A DNA stretch of 64,000 bases, from assembly GCA_038850275.1 (NCBI GenBank), contig JAWCLZ010000002.1, forward strand, positions 38,993 through 102,992, in the 5' to 3' direction. Under the pieces are notes generated by a model that was not told the DNA's origin, did no database searches, and saw only the letters and a list, made by a program, of their open reading frames with translations. Positions 20,107-29,063 of the stretch are shown here, in pieces. The stretch is from Methanocellales archaeon (lineage in GTDB: Archaea; Halobacteriota; JAWCLZ01). The position numbers and the translations under genes were made by a program. Each line of letters begins with the position of its first letter. The first letter of the stretch is position 1.

Positions 20107-20781
20107 CTATAGCAGGGATACTAGGTCTTGAAGCACCGCTTTAGGGTTCTTCGCCTTCACAACACCAGAAGCTAATAGAACTCCCTCGCTTCCTAGCTCA
20201 ATTGCTGCTTTCACGTCCTCCCCCGTGGTTATCCCCGCACCGCAGAGTACCGTGACATCTTTGTTAATTGCCTTAACTGCTTGCACAGTACCCCGAACTA
20301 TCTCAGGCTCAGCCTTTGAAACTGGAATTCCACTCCCTATGAGCTGAGGCGGCTCAACTGCTAGTGCATAGGGAGCTAATGCTGCTACTGCTTTGCTTAC
20401 CGCTAAATTATTGGTGCATACAATGGTGAGTAAATCCAGCGCTTTAGCTCTATTTATGATCTCATCTATATCAGCAATTCGAAGGCGATGCTCAGAGTGA
20501 TTTAGCAATGTACCAATTGCTCCAGCGCTTTTAATAGATTCAAGCGTTACCCAACCAGTGTAACTCCCAGGGGGAACTGCATCAACGTGCTGCGCTAAGC
20601 AGGGGATTTTTACTTGTCTAGCAATCCAAGCTAAATCAGCGGTTTGAGGACAGATTGCAATTGAGATACCACTTTCCATAGCTACTTCTTCACAGGCTCT
20701 CGCAAGAGTAAGTCCTTTTTCTCCTACACTCTCAAGATAGGCCTTTAAATTAAGCACAATTACCGGGGGCTTGATTTTCAT
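20107..20781 (-). CDS. tpiA: Triosephosphate isomerase (archaeal short form)
   Basis: 224 aa; MKIKPPVIVLNLKAY...; archaeal TIM length. Confidence 0.85.
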   Translation of the reverse strand: MKIKPPVIVLNLKAYLESVGEKGLTLARACEEVAMESGISIAICPQTADLAWIARQVKIPCLAQHVDAVPPGSYTGWVTLESIKSAGAIGTLLNHSEHRLRIADIDEIINRAKALDLLTIVCTNNLAVSKAVAALAPYALAVEPPQLIGSGIPVSKAEPEIVRGTVQAVKAINKDVTVLCGAGITTGEDVKAAIELGSEGVLLASGVVKAKNPKAVLQDLVSLL

Positions 20782-20787
20782 CCTTAA

Positions 20788-21906
20788 CTACTCCACTTTT
20801 TGAAAGCGCCCCTGCAGCTTGCTTAGAATTTTTGGGAGAGTGGTATACTCCATGTCCTCCAGAGGCAAGCGATGTGGTTCAAATGGGCCGTGTCTACGCA
20901 TATATTCAGTTATCTCTTGAGCTTTCCTACGCGTGAAATCAAAAGCAGGATCATCGAATAAATCAACTGGGCCAACTAGCAAGCCATTTGCAAGCTGAAA
21001 ACCAGCGGCCGCAACTCTAGGTGGTCCATCAAAGCGAGTGCAGCGAGCATTGGTGAAGGAAACAGGCATTAAAGGGCCATTATGGCTACCCCTCATCCAA
21101 CCACTCACTAAATGTGGAAATGCAAAGGGCTCTAGTATTTCTCCAAGAGCAGGCAGTCCAGACTGCGCTCTCACTAAAGCAACTGGATCGTCCTTTCCCA
21201 CGTATTCCCCTGCGATTTGATAAAGCTTTTCAGTGCTTACAACTGCAACTGGTTCATCCTTGGGTAATTTAGGGTGGTTCTCTTTGGGGTAAACGCGCTT
21301 GATCACATATCTCGATTTTGCTCCTATTAAAGCTAGCAAGTCATACATCTCCTCAGGTGAGTCCATGAATACGCGCTTGTGCTCCAAGATATCCCATATT
21401 TCAAATCTAAACCCACCGTGCAGAGTTGGGTCAATTATTAAGCCAGCGGTGTTGAATGGATCTGCAAACATTCGATAAACTGGTAGGTTAAATGCCCCTG
21501 GCTCTGTTTTATCCATCATAAAAGCAACTATTGGCTCAGCTTTCCTCTCAGTGAACTCCATCTCAGCAACCCCAGGCCCCATACCTCGAACGTTTCCTGA
21601 GAATGCATCGCTCAAGAGATCTTGACCAGCTCCATAGAGCTTTAACTTCTTCGCAACCTCAGTTGCTTTAGTAAATGCCTCCCAAGCTAGGCCGTGGATT
21701 TCTGAGCTATCAACGCCTTTTCTATGGGTCATGATCAATTGTAGATCATCTCCAGCTCCCATTACGTGAAAGTCAACAAGCAAGCCTTTTTCCTTGGCCT
21801 TCTTTAGCGTTGCACGTGCACTTGCAATTAAATCTTCGTGAACACTCGCATGCCCTGGGTAGCCTCCTACGTCTGCTTTGATCAAACTCACAGTTATTTT
21901 TTCCAT
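20788..21906 (-). CDS. fbp: Fructose-1,6-bisphosphate aldolase/phosphatase (class V FBPase)
   Basis: 372 aa; N-terminal SLIKADVGGYPGH signature of the bifunctional FBP aldolase/phosphatase; operon with tpiA. Confidence 0.85.
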   Translation of the reverse strand: MEKITVSLIKADVGGYPGHASVHEDLIASARATLKKAKEKGLLVDFHVMGAGDDLQLIMTHRKGVDSSEIHGLAWEAFTKATEVAKKLKLYGAGQDLLSDAFSGNVRGMGPGVAEMEFTERKAEPIVAFMMDKTEPGAFNLPVYRMFADPFNTAGLIIDPTLHGGFRFEIWDILEHKRVFMDSPEEMYDLLALIGAKSRYVIKRVYPKENHPKLPKDEPVAVVSTEKLYQIAGEYVGKDDPVALVRAQSGLPALGEILEPFAFPHLVSGWMRGSHNGPLMPVSFTNARCTRFDGPPRVAAAGFQLANGLLVGPVDLFDDPAFDFTRRKAQEITEYMRRHGPFEPHRLPLEDMEYTTLPKILSKLQGRFQKVE

Positions 21907-21991
21907 TTACATCTCCTCTCTATTTTTTATATTAACGATATAAAGTTATATGGTTTATCACTAAGCACTTTATCCAAGCCTGAGCCACGGT

Positions 21992-22597
21992 CTAGAAGCC
22001 AACACTCTCTAGCCAGCGGGCTAGCTTTGCTAAGGATTTACCTCTATGGGATACCTTGTTTTTCTCTTCAACTGTAAGCTCAGCGAATGTTTTAGCTCCA
22101 TATAAAAAAATCGGGTCAAAGCCAAAGCCAAAACTGCCTCTTGCTTCATAGCCTATTTTGCCTCTAACTATTCCACTGAAAATTTTTATTCTTTCACCAT
22201 TGTGATAAGCCACGATTGATTTAAAACAAGCTTCTCTATCTTCGATTCCCTGCATTAACTTTAGCAATCCAGTGTTGCCAATTGTTTTGAAAACATATGA
22301 GGAATAAGGGCCTGGGAAGCCATTTAATGACTTAATAAACAATCCTGAGTCCTCAACGAACAAGGGTTTTTTCAATTTAGAATAGCAATACTCAGCACCA
22401 TATCTAGCGATTTCCTCCAAGCTATTAGACTGGATCTCAGGGTACCTTAGATCTCGCTGTATAATTTCGATGTTAAGTTTGCTTAAAAATTCTCTTGCCT
22501 CTTCAACCTTGCCTTTGTTGCTGGTTATAAAAAAGAGTTTCGATGGTTTATTTGATGGTTTATTCAATGTTTTATTCAATGTTTTATTCAGCAACAA
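21992..22597 (-). CDS. Non-canonical purine NTP pyrophosphatase (Ham1/RdgB, dITP/XTP pyrophosphatase)
   Basis: 201 aa; FITSNKGKVEE N-terminal motif; N-terminal 18 aa (LNKTLNKTLNKPSNKPSK) are encoded by a 12-bp tandem repeat. Confidence 0.8.
   Translation of the reverse strand: MLLNKTLNKTLNKPSNKPSKLFFITSNKGKVEEAREFLSKLNIEIIQRDLRYPEIQSNSLEEIARYGAEYCYSKLKKPLFVEDSGLFIKSLNGFPGPYSSYVFKTIGNTGLLKLMQGIEDREACFKSIVAYHNGERIKIFSGIVRGKIGYEARGSFGFGFDPIFLYGAKTFAELTVEEKNKVSHRGKSLAKLARWLESVGF
22533..22592. repeat. 4 x 12-bp tandem repeat (gatggtttattt/gatggtttattc/aatgttttattc x2)
   Basis: Read directly; lies in the ham1 start / bud32 stop overlap. Confidence 0.85.
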
Positions 22598-23174
22598 TAT
22601 ACCTCCCTCTAGCTTCTATCTCTTTAACCCTAGAAAGCACTTCTTCAGCGTGTTTAAATGATGATTTATAGCCTTTGATGAAGCTTGCAACTAGTTTTTC
22701 ATAATTAGAATGAGTGCTCTTGAATGTCTGGAAGAGCACGTGTACATCTACACCTCTTGCTTCTAGCTCTTGGCTGTAGAATGCCAATCCGAAGTCTATG
22801 AAGTAGATTTTATTATCGCTAAGTATCATATTTGAAGTAGTTAAATCCCCGTGGATTATACCAGCGTTGTGTAATCTCCCGACGAGTACGCCAATCCTCT
22901 CGCTGAGTTCCTCATTAAGGATGTATTTAAGTTGCTCCCCAGGTATGTATTCCATGGTAATTTCAAATTCATCTACATCGAAAATAATTGGAGTTGGAAC
23001 ACCACTCTTTCTAGCGTCAGAAGTAATCTTAGCCTCAGTTTTATTCCTCTCCCTCCTTAACGCTATATCGATCGCTTGCAATCTATATCGCTTAGAAATT
23101 CTTCGCTTCACTACAAAATCGCCTTTGAATTCCACTATAGCCTCTGCACCTTGTGCTCTCTCCATTCTCTCCAT
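22584..23174 (-). CDS. bud32: Kae1-associated serine/threonine kinase Bud32 (KEOPS complex)
   Basis: 196 aa; minimal RIO-like kinase: AIVEFKGDFVVKRR, HGDLTTSNMI, DFGLA. Confidence 0.75.
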   Translation of the reverse strand: MERMERAQGAEAIVEFKGDFVVKRRISKRYRLQAIDIALRRERNKTEAKITSDARKSGVPTPIIFDVDEFEITMEYIPGEQLKYILNEELSERIGVLVGRLHNAGIIHGDLTTSNMILSDNKIYFIDFGLAFYSQELEARGVDVHVLFQTFKSTHSNYEKLVASFIKGYKSSFKHAEEVLSRVKEIEARGRYIVAE

Positions 23175-23185
23175 TTTTCATCGCC

Positions 23186-24313
23186 TCAATAAATTTTCCT
23201 CCCTAATTCGCCTGTAATAGGAATTTTTTCCCCGCATCGCCTGCAGATTTTCTCAGATGTTATATCGTGATAAATTAGATTAAACCCCCTTCGTTGGATT
23301 AAAAGTGCACCGCATTTAGGGCTATAGGTATTCTCATATCTGTGCCCGAATACATTGCCAATATAGGGATATTTCAAGCCCTCTTTTTTTGCAATTTCAA
23401 CTGCTTTCTCCAGTGTTTTAACTGGCGTGGGATAATGATGAGACATTTTATACATGGGTGTGAAGCGAGTGAAGTGAATAGGGGTATCTTGCCCGAGGTT
23501 TTCATATACCCATCTCGCTAGAGCTCGAATTTCCTCCTCAGAATCGTTTTTCTCAGGGATTATTAAATTGACCACTTCAACGTGCATTCCAAGTTCTCCA
23601 GCCCTCCTCGTAGATTCAAGCACTGGCTGGAGCTTTGCTGAGCAGATTTCTTCATAAAATCTATCGCTGAATGCCTTTATATCCACTCGAAATGCATCTA
23701 AATAAGGAGAAATGTATTCCAATGCTTTAATTGTTATATAGCCATTGGTTACATAAACTGTGTATAAGCCAGCTTTCTTCGCAAGTTTTGCAATGTCATA
23801 GGTGTATTCAAACCAAATCGTTGGCTCGTTATACGTCCATGCGATACCCTTGCTTCCACTTGCAATTGCATATTCAATTACCTCTTCAGGTGGAATTTCA
23901 ACCACTAGACTTAGATCGGGTTTAGCATGGGAAATCCTCCAATTTTGACAGTGGATGCATCTAAAATTACATCCCAATGTGCCAAGTGAATATACCAAGC
24001 TCCCGGGGTGAAAATGATAAAGCGGTTTTTTCTCAATTGGATCTACATTTTCTGAGGAAACCCAGTTATATATGATGGAGTAAAGCTTGCCCTCTATATT
24101 CTCCCGAGTTAAGCAAAAACCTTTTTTACCCTGAGCGATGATGCATTCTCTAGCGCAGATATTGCATTTAACTTTATCCCCATCTCCATCGAGCTTTTCA
24201 TAGAGATAGGCTTCTTTCATTGATTCAAAAATAACTCTCTCCCTATATCTCTTTTTCTTGTGTTTTCGCAATATTATGTTTTCGCATAATCTCTTTTTCT
24301 TGTGTTTTCGCAA
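23186..24313 (-). CDS. AmmeMemoRadiSam-system radical SAM enzyme (AmrS-like, PFL-activase family)
   Basis: GCNFRCIHCQNW radical-SAM cluster; N-terminal CNICARECIIAQGKKGFCLTREN Cys-rich domain; probable true start is MKEAYLYEKL at 24220, since the upstream extension is encoded by a promoter-region repeat. Confidence 0.7.
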   Translation of the reverse strand: MRKHKKKRLCENIILRKHKKKRYRERVIFESMKEAYLYEKLDGDGDKVKCNICARECIIAQGKKGFCLTRENIEGKLYSIIYNWVSSENVDPIEKKPLYHFHPGSLVYSLGTLGCNFRCIHCQNWRISHAKPDLSLVVEIPPEEVIEYAIASGSKGIAWTYNEPTIWFEYTYDIAKLAKKAGLYTVYVTNGYITIKALEYISPYLDAFRVDIKAFSDRFYEEICSAKLQPVLESTRRAGELGMHVEVVNLIIPEKNDSEEEIRALARWVYENLGQDTPIHFTRFTPMYKMSHHYPTPVKTLEKAVEIAKKEGLKYPYIGNVFGHRYENTYSPKCGALLIQRRGFNLIYHDITSEKICRRCGEKIPITGELGRKIY

Positions 24314-24314
24314 T
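24248..24314. repeat. 26-bp direct repeat (tctctttttcttgtgttttcgcaata) x2 separated by 15 bp, plus a third gttttcgcataat half-site
   Basis: Read directly; lies in the divergent promoter between amrS(-) and gltX(+). Confidence 0.85.
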
Positions 24315-24365
24315 AATTACATAATTAATAAATTTATACTACATATTGGCAAAAATTATATCACA

Positions 24366-26066
24366 ATGCTTGATGTCAAGCGGTTAATTGAAAAATATGC
24401 TCTTCAAAATGCAATTAAATATGACTCAATACCCCTAGCTAGCGCTGTTATTGGCAAGGTAATGGCTGAACACCATGAGTTGAGATCTAGGGCAAAAGAA
24501 ATATCCACTCTAGCTAGGGAAGTAATCGCAAATGTGGAGAAATTATCTAAAGAAGAGAGAATCGCTCGACTAAAGGAAATTGCCCCTGAATTGCTAGAGA
24601 AAATGTGGATGGAGAAACATAGAGAGCATGGTTTACCTGAGCTAAAGGGAGTCACGCCAAATGGAAAAGTTGTGCTTAGAATCGCACCCAATCCAAATGG
24701 TCCACCGACTCTTGGCAATGCCCGAGGGATAATAATAAATCATGAATATGCAAAGCGCTACAATGGGAAATTTATAATGCGCTTCGACGACACTGATCCC
24801 GTGACTAAGAGACCAATGCTTGAAGCATATCAATGGTATTTAGAGGATGCTGAGTGGTTAAATGCAAAGCCTGATGAAGTTGTAATAGCTTCAGACCGCA
24901 TAGAGTTATATTATAAATATGCTGAGGAACTCATCAAACTTGGAAAGGCCTATGTATGCTTTTGCCCAAGGGAAGAGTTTAAAAAGCTAAAAGATGCAAT
25001 GCATCCTTGTCCCCATCGTGAAACTTCAATTGAGGAAAATTTAAAGCACTGGCAGAGCATGCTCAAGGGAGACTATGATACAGGGCAAGCTGTGCTACGC
25101 ATTAAAACAGATATCCAACATAAAGATCCAGCTCTTAGAGACTGGGTGGCATTTAGAGTCATAAAGGCAGATCATCCAAGAGTGGGGAGGAGATATATAG
25201 TCTGGCCAACGTTGGACTTTGAATCTGCAATTGAAGATCACTTGCTTGGCACTACGCATATAATACGCGGGAAGGATCTCATGGATAGCGAGAAAAGACA
25301 GAGATATATCTATGAATACTTTGGATGGTCTTATCCAATTACATTGCACTGGGGAAGAATTAAGATACATGAATTTGGCAAATTCAGCACAAGTGCAACT
25401 AGAAAGGCAATCGAAGAGGGAATATATACAGGCTGGGACGATCCTCGACTACCTATTATAAGAGCGCTTAAGCGCAGGGGCATAGCTCCTGAGGCAATTC
25501 GCCGCTTTATAATTGAAATGGGTATAACTGAAGCGGATATAGCTGTTAGCATGGAAACTTTATATAGTATAAATAGAAGTATCATAGATTCAAAAGCAAA
25601 TCGCTATTTCTTTGTCCACAATCCAGTTAAGATGCAAATCCTAGATTCGAGTCCAGTATTGGTAAAAGCACCTCTTCATCCTAAGGAGAAACGTGGATTT
25701 AGAGAAATTCAAGTTGGCAGCGAGGTATACATAAGTGAATTAGATTATAATAGCCTAGCAATTAAGCAAAAACTACGCTTGAAAGACCTATATAATATTG
25801 AGATTGAGAGTTTAAAGCCACTTGTTGCAAGATACATAGGTAATGACTTAAATTTAGTTAAACAAGGAGCGATGATAATACACTGGGTACCAGTTGATGG
25901 TATAAAGGTAAAGGTAATAGCACCAGATGGAATCTACGAGGGCATTGGGGAGAGAAATATCTTGAATGAAAAGGTGGATAGCATTGTGCAATTTGAGCGA
26001 TTTGCATTCTGTAGAATAGATAAAATAAGCGAGAGTGAGGTAATCGCTTATTGGACGCATAAGTAG
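24366..26066 (+). CDS. gltX: Glutamyl-tRNA synthetase (archaeal/eukaryotic type)
   Basis: Start at the MLDVKRLIEKYAL Met (24366); RIAPNPNGPPTLGNARG (HIGH-region equivalent); KFSTS (KMSKS equivalent). Confidence 0.85.
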   Translation: MLDVKRLIEKYALQNAIKYDSIPLASAVIGKVMAEHHELRSRAKEISTLAREVIANVEKLSKEERIARLKEIAPELLEKMWMEKHREHGLPELKGVTPNGKVVLRIAPNPNGPPTLGNARGIIINHEYAKRYNGKFIMRFDDTDPVTKRPMLEAYQWYLEDAEWLNAKPDEVVIASDRIELYYKYAEELIKLGKAYVCFCPREEFKKLKDAMHPCPHRETSIEENLKHWQSMLKGDYDTGQAVLRIKTDIQHKDPALRDWVAFRVIKADHPRVGRRYIVWPTLDFESAIEDHLLGTTHIIRGKDLMDSEKRQRYIYEYFGWSYPITLHWGRIKIHEFGKFSTSATRKAIEEGIYTGWDDPRLPIIRALKRRGIAPEAIRRFIIEMGITEADIAVSMETLYSINRSIIDSKANRYFFVHNPVKMQILDSSPVLVKAPLHPKEKRGFREIQVGSEVYISELDYNSLAIKQKLRLKDLYNIEIESLKPLVARYIGNDLNLVKQGAMIIHWVPVDGIKVKVIAPDGIYEGIGERNILNEKVDSIVQFERFAFCRIDKISESEVIAYWTHK

Positions 26067-26073
26067 TGATAAA

Positions 26074-26679
26074 ATGCTTCCTGAACATCTCCTTGCCTTC
26101 GCGGTTCTCATGACCCTTGCTTGCATTCTCTGGTCGATCTCAAGCTATAGCTTGCGAAGGGCTAAGCGTGTTACAATTTCTCATCTTGAAAAATTCGCGA
26201 ACCAAGTTAATGCAGTGCATAGTTATAGCTTATTGTTGGATTACGATAAAGCAAATGGAGTGCATCGCAACCATTGCTTTGAATATAAGCTCTATGAACA
26301 CCGAGGGGCTTGGCTATGTTTAACCATATTTCTCCAACAAACTTTTGATTTTTATATTAGAATTGCGAGGAAGTCCCTCAGGGAATCTATAGTAAAGGGA
26401 AAAAAAATAGATTTAGGAAGAGGAGATTTAATGCCTTTTATTGAAAACACAATTGCAATTAAAACTAGTGACTCAAAAATGGCTCAAAAACTACTTGATT
26501 TGACCACGCAGTCAATTGTTCTTCGCTTGTTTGAAGAATTCAAGATTGCTAAAATGGAGATAAATCAAGGAAAGATGAGGATAAACATAAGCGATCCAGA
26601 AATTGCGAGTGAAAAATACTTCAGTGAACTTCTTAATATAGCGATTGATTTAGCAGAACAAGTTGAAACTAGAGCTTGA
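26074..26679 (+). CDS. Hypothetical protein with N-terminal TM/signal-anchor
   Basis: 201 aa; hydrophobic N-terminus; no recognisable motifs. Confidence 0.3.
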   Translation: MLPEHLLAFAVLMTLACILWSISSYSLRRAKRVTISHLEKFANQVNAVHSYSLLLDYDKANGVHRNHCFEYKLYEHRGAWLCLTIFLQQTFDFYIRIARKSLRESIVKGKKIDLGRGDLMPFIENTIAIKTSDSKMAQKLLDLTTQSIVLRLFEEFKIAKMEINQGKMRINISDPEIASEKYFSELLNIAIDLAEQVETRA

Positions 26680-26737
26680 TTGATATTAAAAGAAAAATAT
26701 TTATTCAAATATGCTAATCAATCTATGAGGTAATTGG

Positions 26738-27988
26738 ATGGCAAAAATTTCATTGAAATATGGCAAAAGTGAAGTTGAAATTGAAATTCCAAGTCAGAAT
26801 CTACAGCAAATATTGAAACCCAATGAAATTCCTGCTCTTGGAGATGGAGAGATTGAGCGTGCTCTTCAAAATCCAGTTGCTTCAAAGCGGCTATCTGAAA
26901 TTGTAAAGCAGGGAGATAAAGTAGCGATAATTGTTAGCGATATTACACGTCCAGCTCCATCTAAGAAAATGCTACCACCCTTGCTTCAGGAATTGAACAA
27001 GGGGGGAGTAGCGGATGAAGATATCACTATTATCTTTGCATTGGGCATCCATCGCAAGCATACTATTGAGGAGCAAAAAAACTTGGTTGGAGAAGCGATT
27101 TATAATAGAATTAAATGCATCGATCACGATCCTCAGAATGTTGTAAGCATTGGTAGAACAAAGAATGGCACGCGAATTGAAGTATTCAAACCAATTTTCG
27201 ATGCAGATGTTGTAGTATGCACAGGGAATATTGAGTTCCACTACTTCGCAGGCTATAGCGGTGGAGCCAAAGCTATTATGCCAGGTGTATGCTCCAAGAC
27301 AACCATTCAAGATAACCATAGTCAAATGCTCCATCCAAAAGCAAGTGCTGGCATAATTGAAGGCAATCCTGTTCGCGAGGATATGGAGGAAGTGGGAGAG
27401 AAAGTTGGCATAGATTTTATTTTAAATGTGGTATTGAATGAGAAGAAGGAAATTGTAAAAGCAGTTGCAGGTCATCCTGTGCTTGCTCATCGCGAGGGCT
27501 TGAGATATGTGGATGCTATGTATAAAATACCCATTGAAAAGCCTGCGGATATAGTAATAGCCTCAGCCGGTGGCTTTCCAAAGGATATTAATCTCTATCA
27601 AGCTCAAAAAGCGCTTGAGAATGCTAAAAATGCAGTGCGTGAAGGAGGCACGATAATACTCCTTGGCGAGTGCAGCGATGGACTTGGCGAGCGGGTTTTT
27701 GAACGCTGGATCGAAGAGGCTTCCAATCCAGAGGATGTGCTTCAAAAGATTAAAACAAAATTCGAACTAGGCGGCCATAAACTCGGGGCAATAGCACTGG
27801 TGCGGAAGAAAGCTGAAATCTATATTGTATCAAAGCTATCAGAGGAACTCGCGAGGAAAGCATTTCTAACTCCATTTAGAGATGTACAGAGTGCTTTAAA
27901 AAATGCAATGCATAAGCATGGCAAAGATGCAAATATAATTGTCATGCCATATGGCGGCTCAACGCTGCCATTCCCTAGGAGGATATAA
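26738..27988 (+). CDS. larA: LarA-family protein (nickel-pincer-cofactor-dependent lactate racemase family; DUF2088 N-terminal domain)
   Basis: 416 aa; IIVSDITRPAPS and EFHYFAGYSGGAKAIMPG align with L. plantarum LarA VIISSDHTRPVPS / ESHFFAGFSGGRKSVLPG. Confidence 0.75.
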   Translation: MAKISLKYGKSEVEIEIPSQNLQQILKPNEIPALGDGEIERALQNPVASKRLSEIVKQGDKVAIIVSDITRPAPSKKMLPPLLQELNKGGVADEDITIIFALGIHRKHTIEEQKNLVGEAIYNRIKCIDHDPQNVVSIGRTKNGTRIEVFKPIFDADVVVCTGNIEFHYFAGYSGGAKAIMPGVCSKTTIQDNHSQMLHPKASAGIIEGNPVREDMEEVGEKVGIDFILNVVLNEKKEIVKAVAGHPVLAHREGLRYVDAMYKIPIEKPADIVIASAGGFPKDINLYQAQKALENAKNAVREGGTIILLGECSDGLGERVFERWIEEASNPEDVLQKIKTKFELGGHKLGAIALVRKKAEIYIVSKLSEELARKAFLTPFRDVQSALKNAMHKHGKDANIIVMPYGGSTLPFPRRI

Positions 27989-27989
27989 T

Positions 27990-28490
27990 ATGATTAGAAT
28001 AGATGACATCGATCTTAAAATCCTAGATTTACTAGTGCATGATTCCTCAAAAACTTTCAAGCAGATGGCGGAAGAGCTAGACATAGACCAACGCACAGTT
28101 AGCTCTAGGGTGAAGAAGCTTAAGAAATGTGGGATAATAGAGGAAATGGGTGCGCATATTAACTTCCAAAAGCTTTGGGGTGTATCAGTTGTCATAGGAA
28201 TCAATTTAGACCTTCAAAAGTCAAGCACAACTGCTTTTTTCAAAGAACTTATGTCCAAGGTGAAGAACAATCGCATTCGCTCTGTTTACGAAGGCTTCGG
28301 CAGCCACGATTTAATAATAATAATGACTGCTATTGACAATCAAGAGCTCAATGATATGCTTATGATAATTAAAAGCTTGAGTGGGATAAAGGACATAAAG
28401 GTAACGACCATTACCAATACATTAAGGCATCTCCACGTAGTACCAGATCCCGAGGATCTTAAGAAAGCTAGAATGAGGATTTTTGAGTGA
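27990..28490 (+). CDS. Lrp/AsnC family transcriptional regulator
   Basis: Start MIRIDDIDLKILDLL (HTH) with a C-terminal RAM domain; 1 nt after the larA stop. Confidence 0.75.
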   Translation: MIRIDDIDLKILDLLVHDSSKTFKQMAEELDIDQRTVSSRVKKLKKCGIIEEMGAHINFQKLWGVSVVIGINLDLQKSSTTAFFKELMSKVKNNRIRSVYEGFGSHDLIIIMTAIDNQELNDMLMIIKSLSGIKDIKVTTITNTLRHLHVVPDPEDLKKARMRIFE

Positions 28491-28921
28491 GGTATAGAGT
28501 GAGGCAGATATTCATAGCAGTTGGCGCAGTGATTAAAAATAGCGAAGGAAAGATATTACTTGTGCAGCATAAACCTGAGCGAGGGGGATATTGGAGAGGG
28601 AAGTGGATTTGCCCTGGGGGAAGATTGAGGCTAGGGGAATCCATTGAAGCTGGGATCAAGCGCGAGGTTAAGGAGGAAACTAATCTAGAGATCGAGCTTG
28701 AAGAACCATTAGTTCCCTTTGAGAGAATAGTTAAAAGAGGTAATAAGATAGAGCTCCACGTTATATATATAGATTACATTGCAACTATAGCTGGTGGGGC
28801 TCTAAAGGTTGGAAGCGATGTGGGAAAAGCTAAGTTTGCAAGCTGCGATGAAATTCGCGAGATGTGGAGCGAGCTTCACGAGGATACTCAAAAGCTATTG
28901 AAAATCGCAGGAATAATTTAA
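28487..28921 (+). CDS. NUDIX hydrolase
   Basis: 144 aa; Nudix box GGRLRLGESIEAGIKREVKEETNLE. Confidence 0.75.
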   Translation: MRYRVRQIFIAVGAVIKNSEGKILLVQHKPERGGYWRGKWICPGGRLRLGESIEAGIKREVKEETNLEIELEEPLVPFERIVKRGNKIELHVIYIDYIATIAGGALKVGSDVGKAKFASCDEIREMWSELHEDTQKLLKIAGII

Positions 28922-29063
28922 CCAAGGATAATTAATTAAAAGCAAATATTTTACTAATATTAGAAATTTTACCAAGATTTAGCTCTCAATTGTTAAAGAT
29001 TTCAAAAATTTTATATATTGCTTCATCATAATATGTTTTTAAAGATAAAAGGGGGAGTATAAA

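Noticed and set aside
24258-24365. 36-codon N-terminal extension of GluRS (MCFRNIMFSHNLFFLCF...)
   Set aside because: It is encoded by the promoter-region direct repeat and is hydrophobic nonsense; the conserved GluRS sequence starts at the Met at 24366
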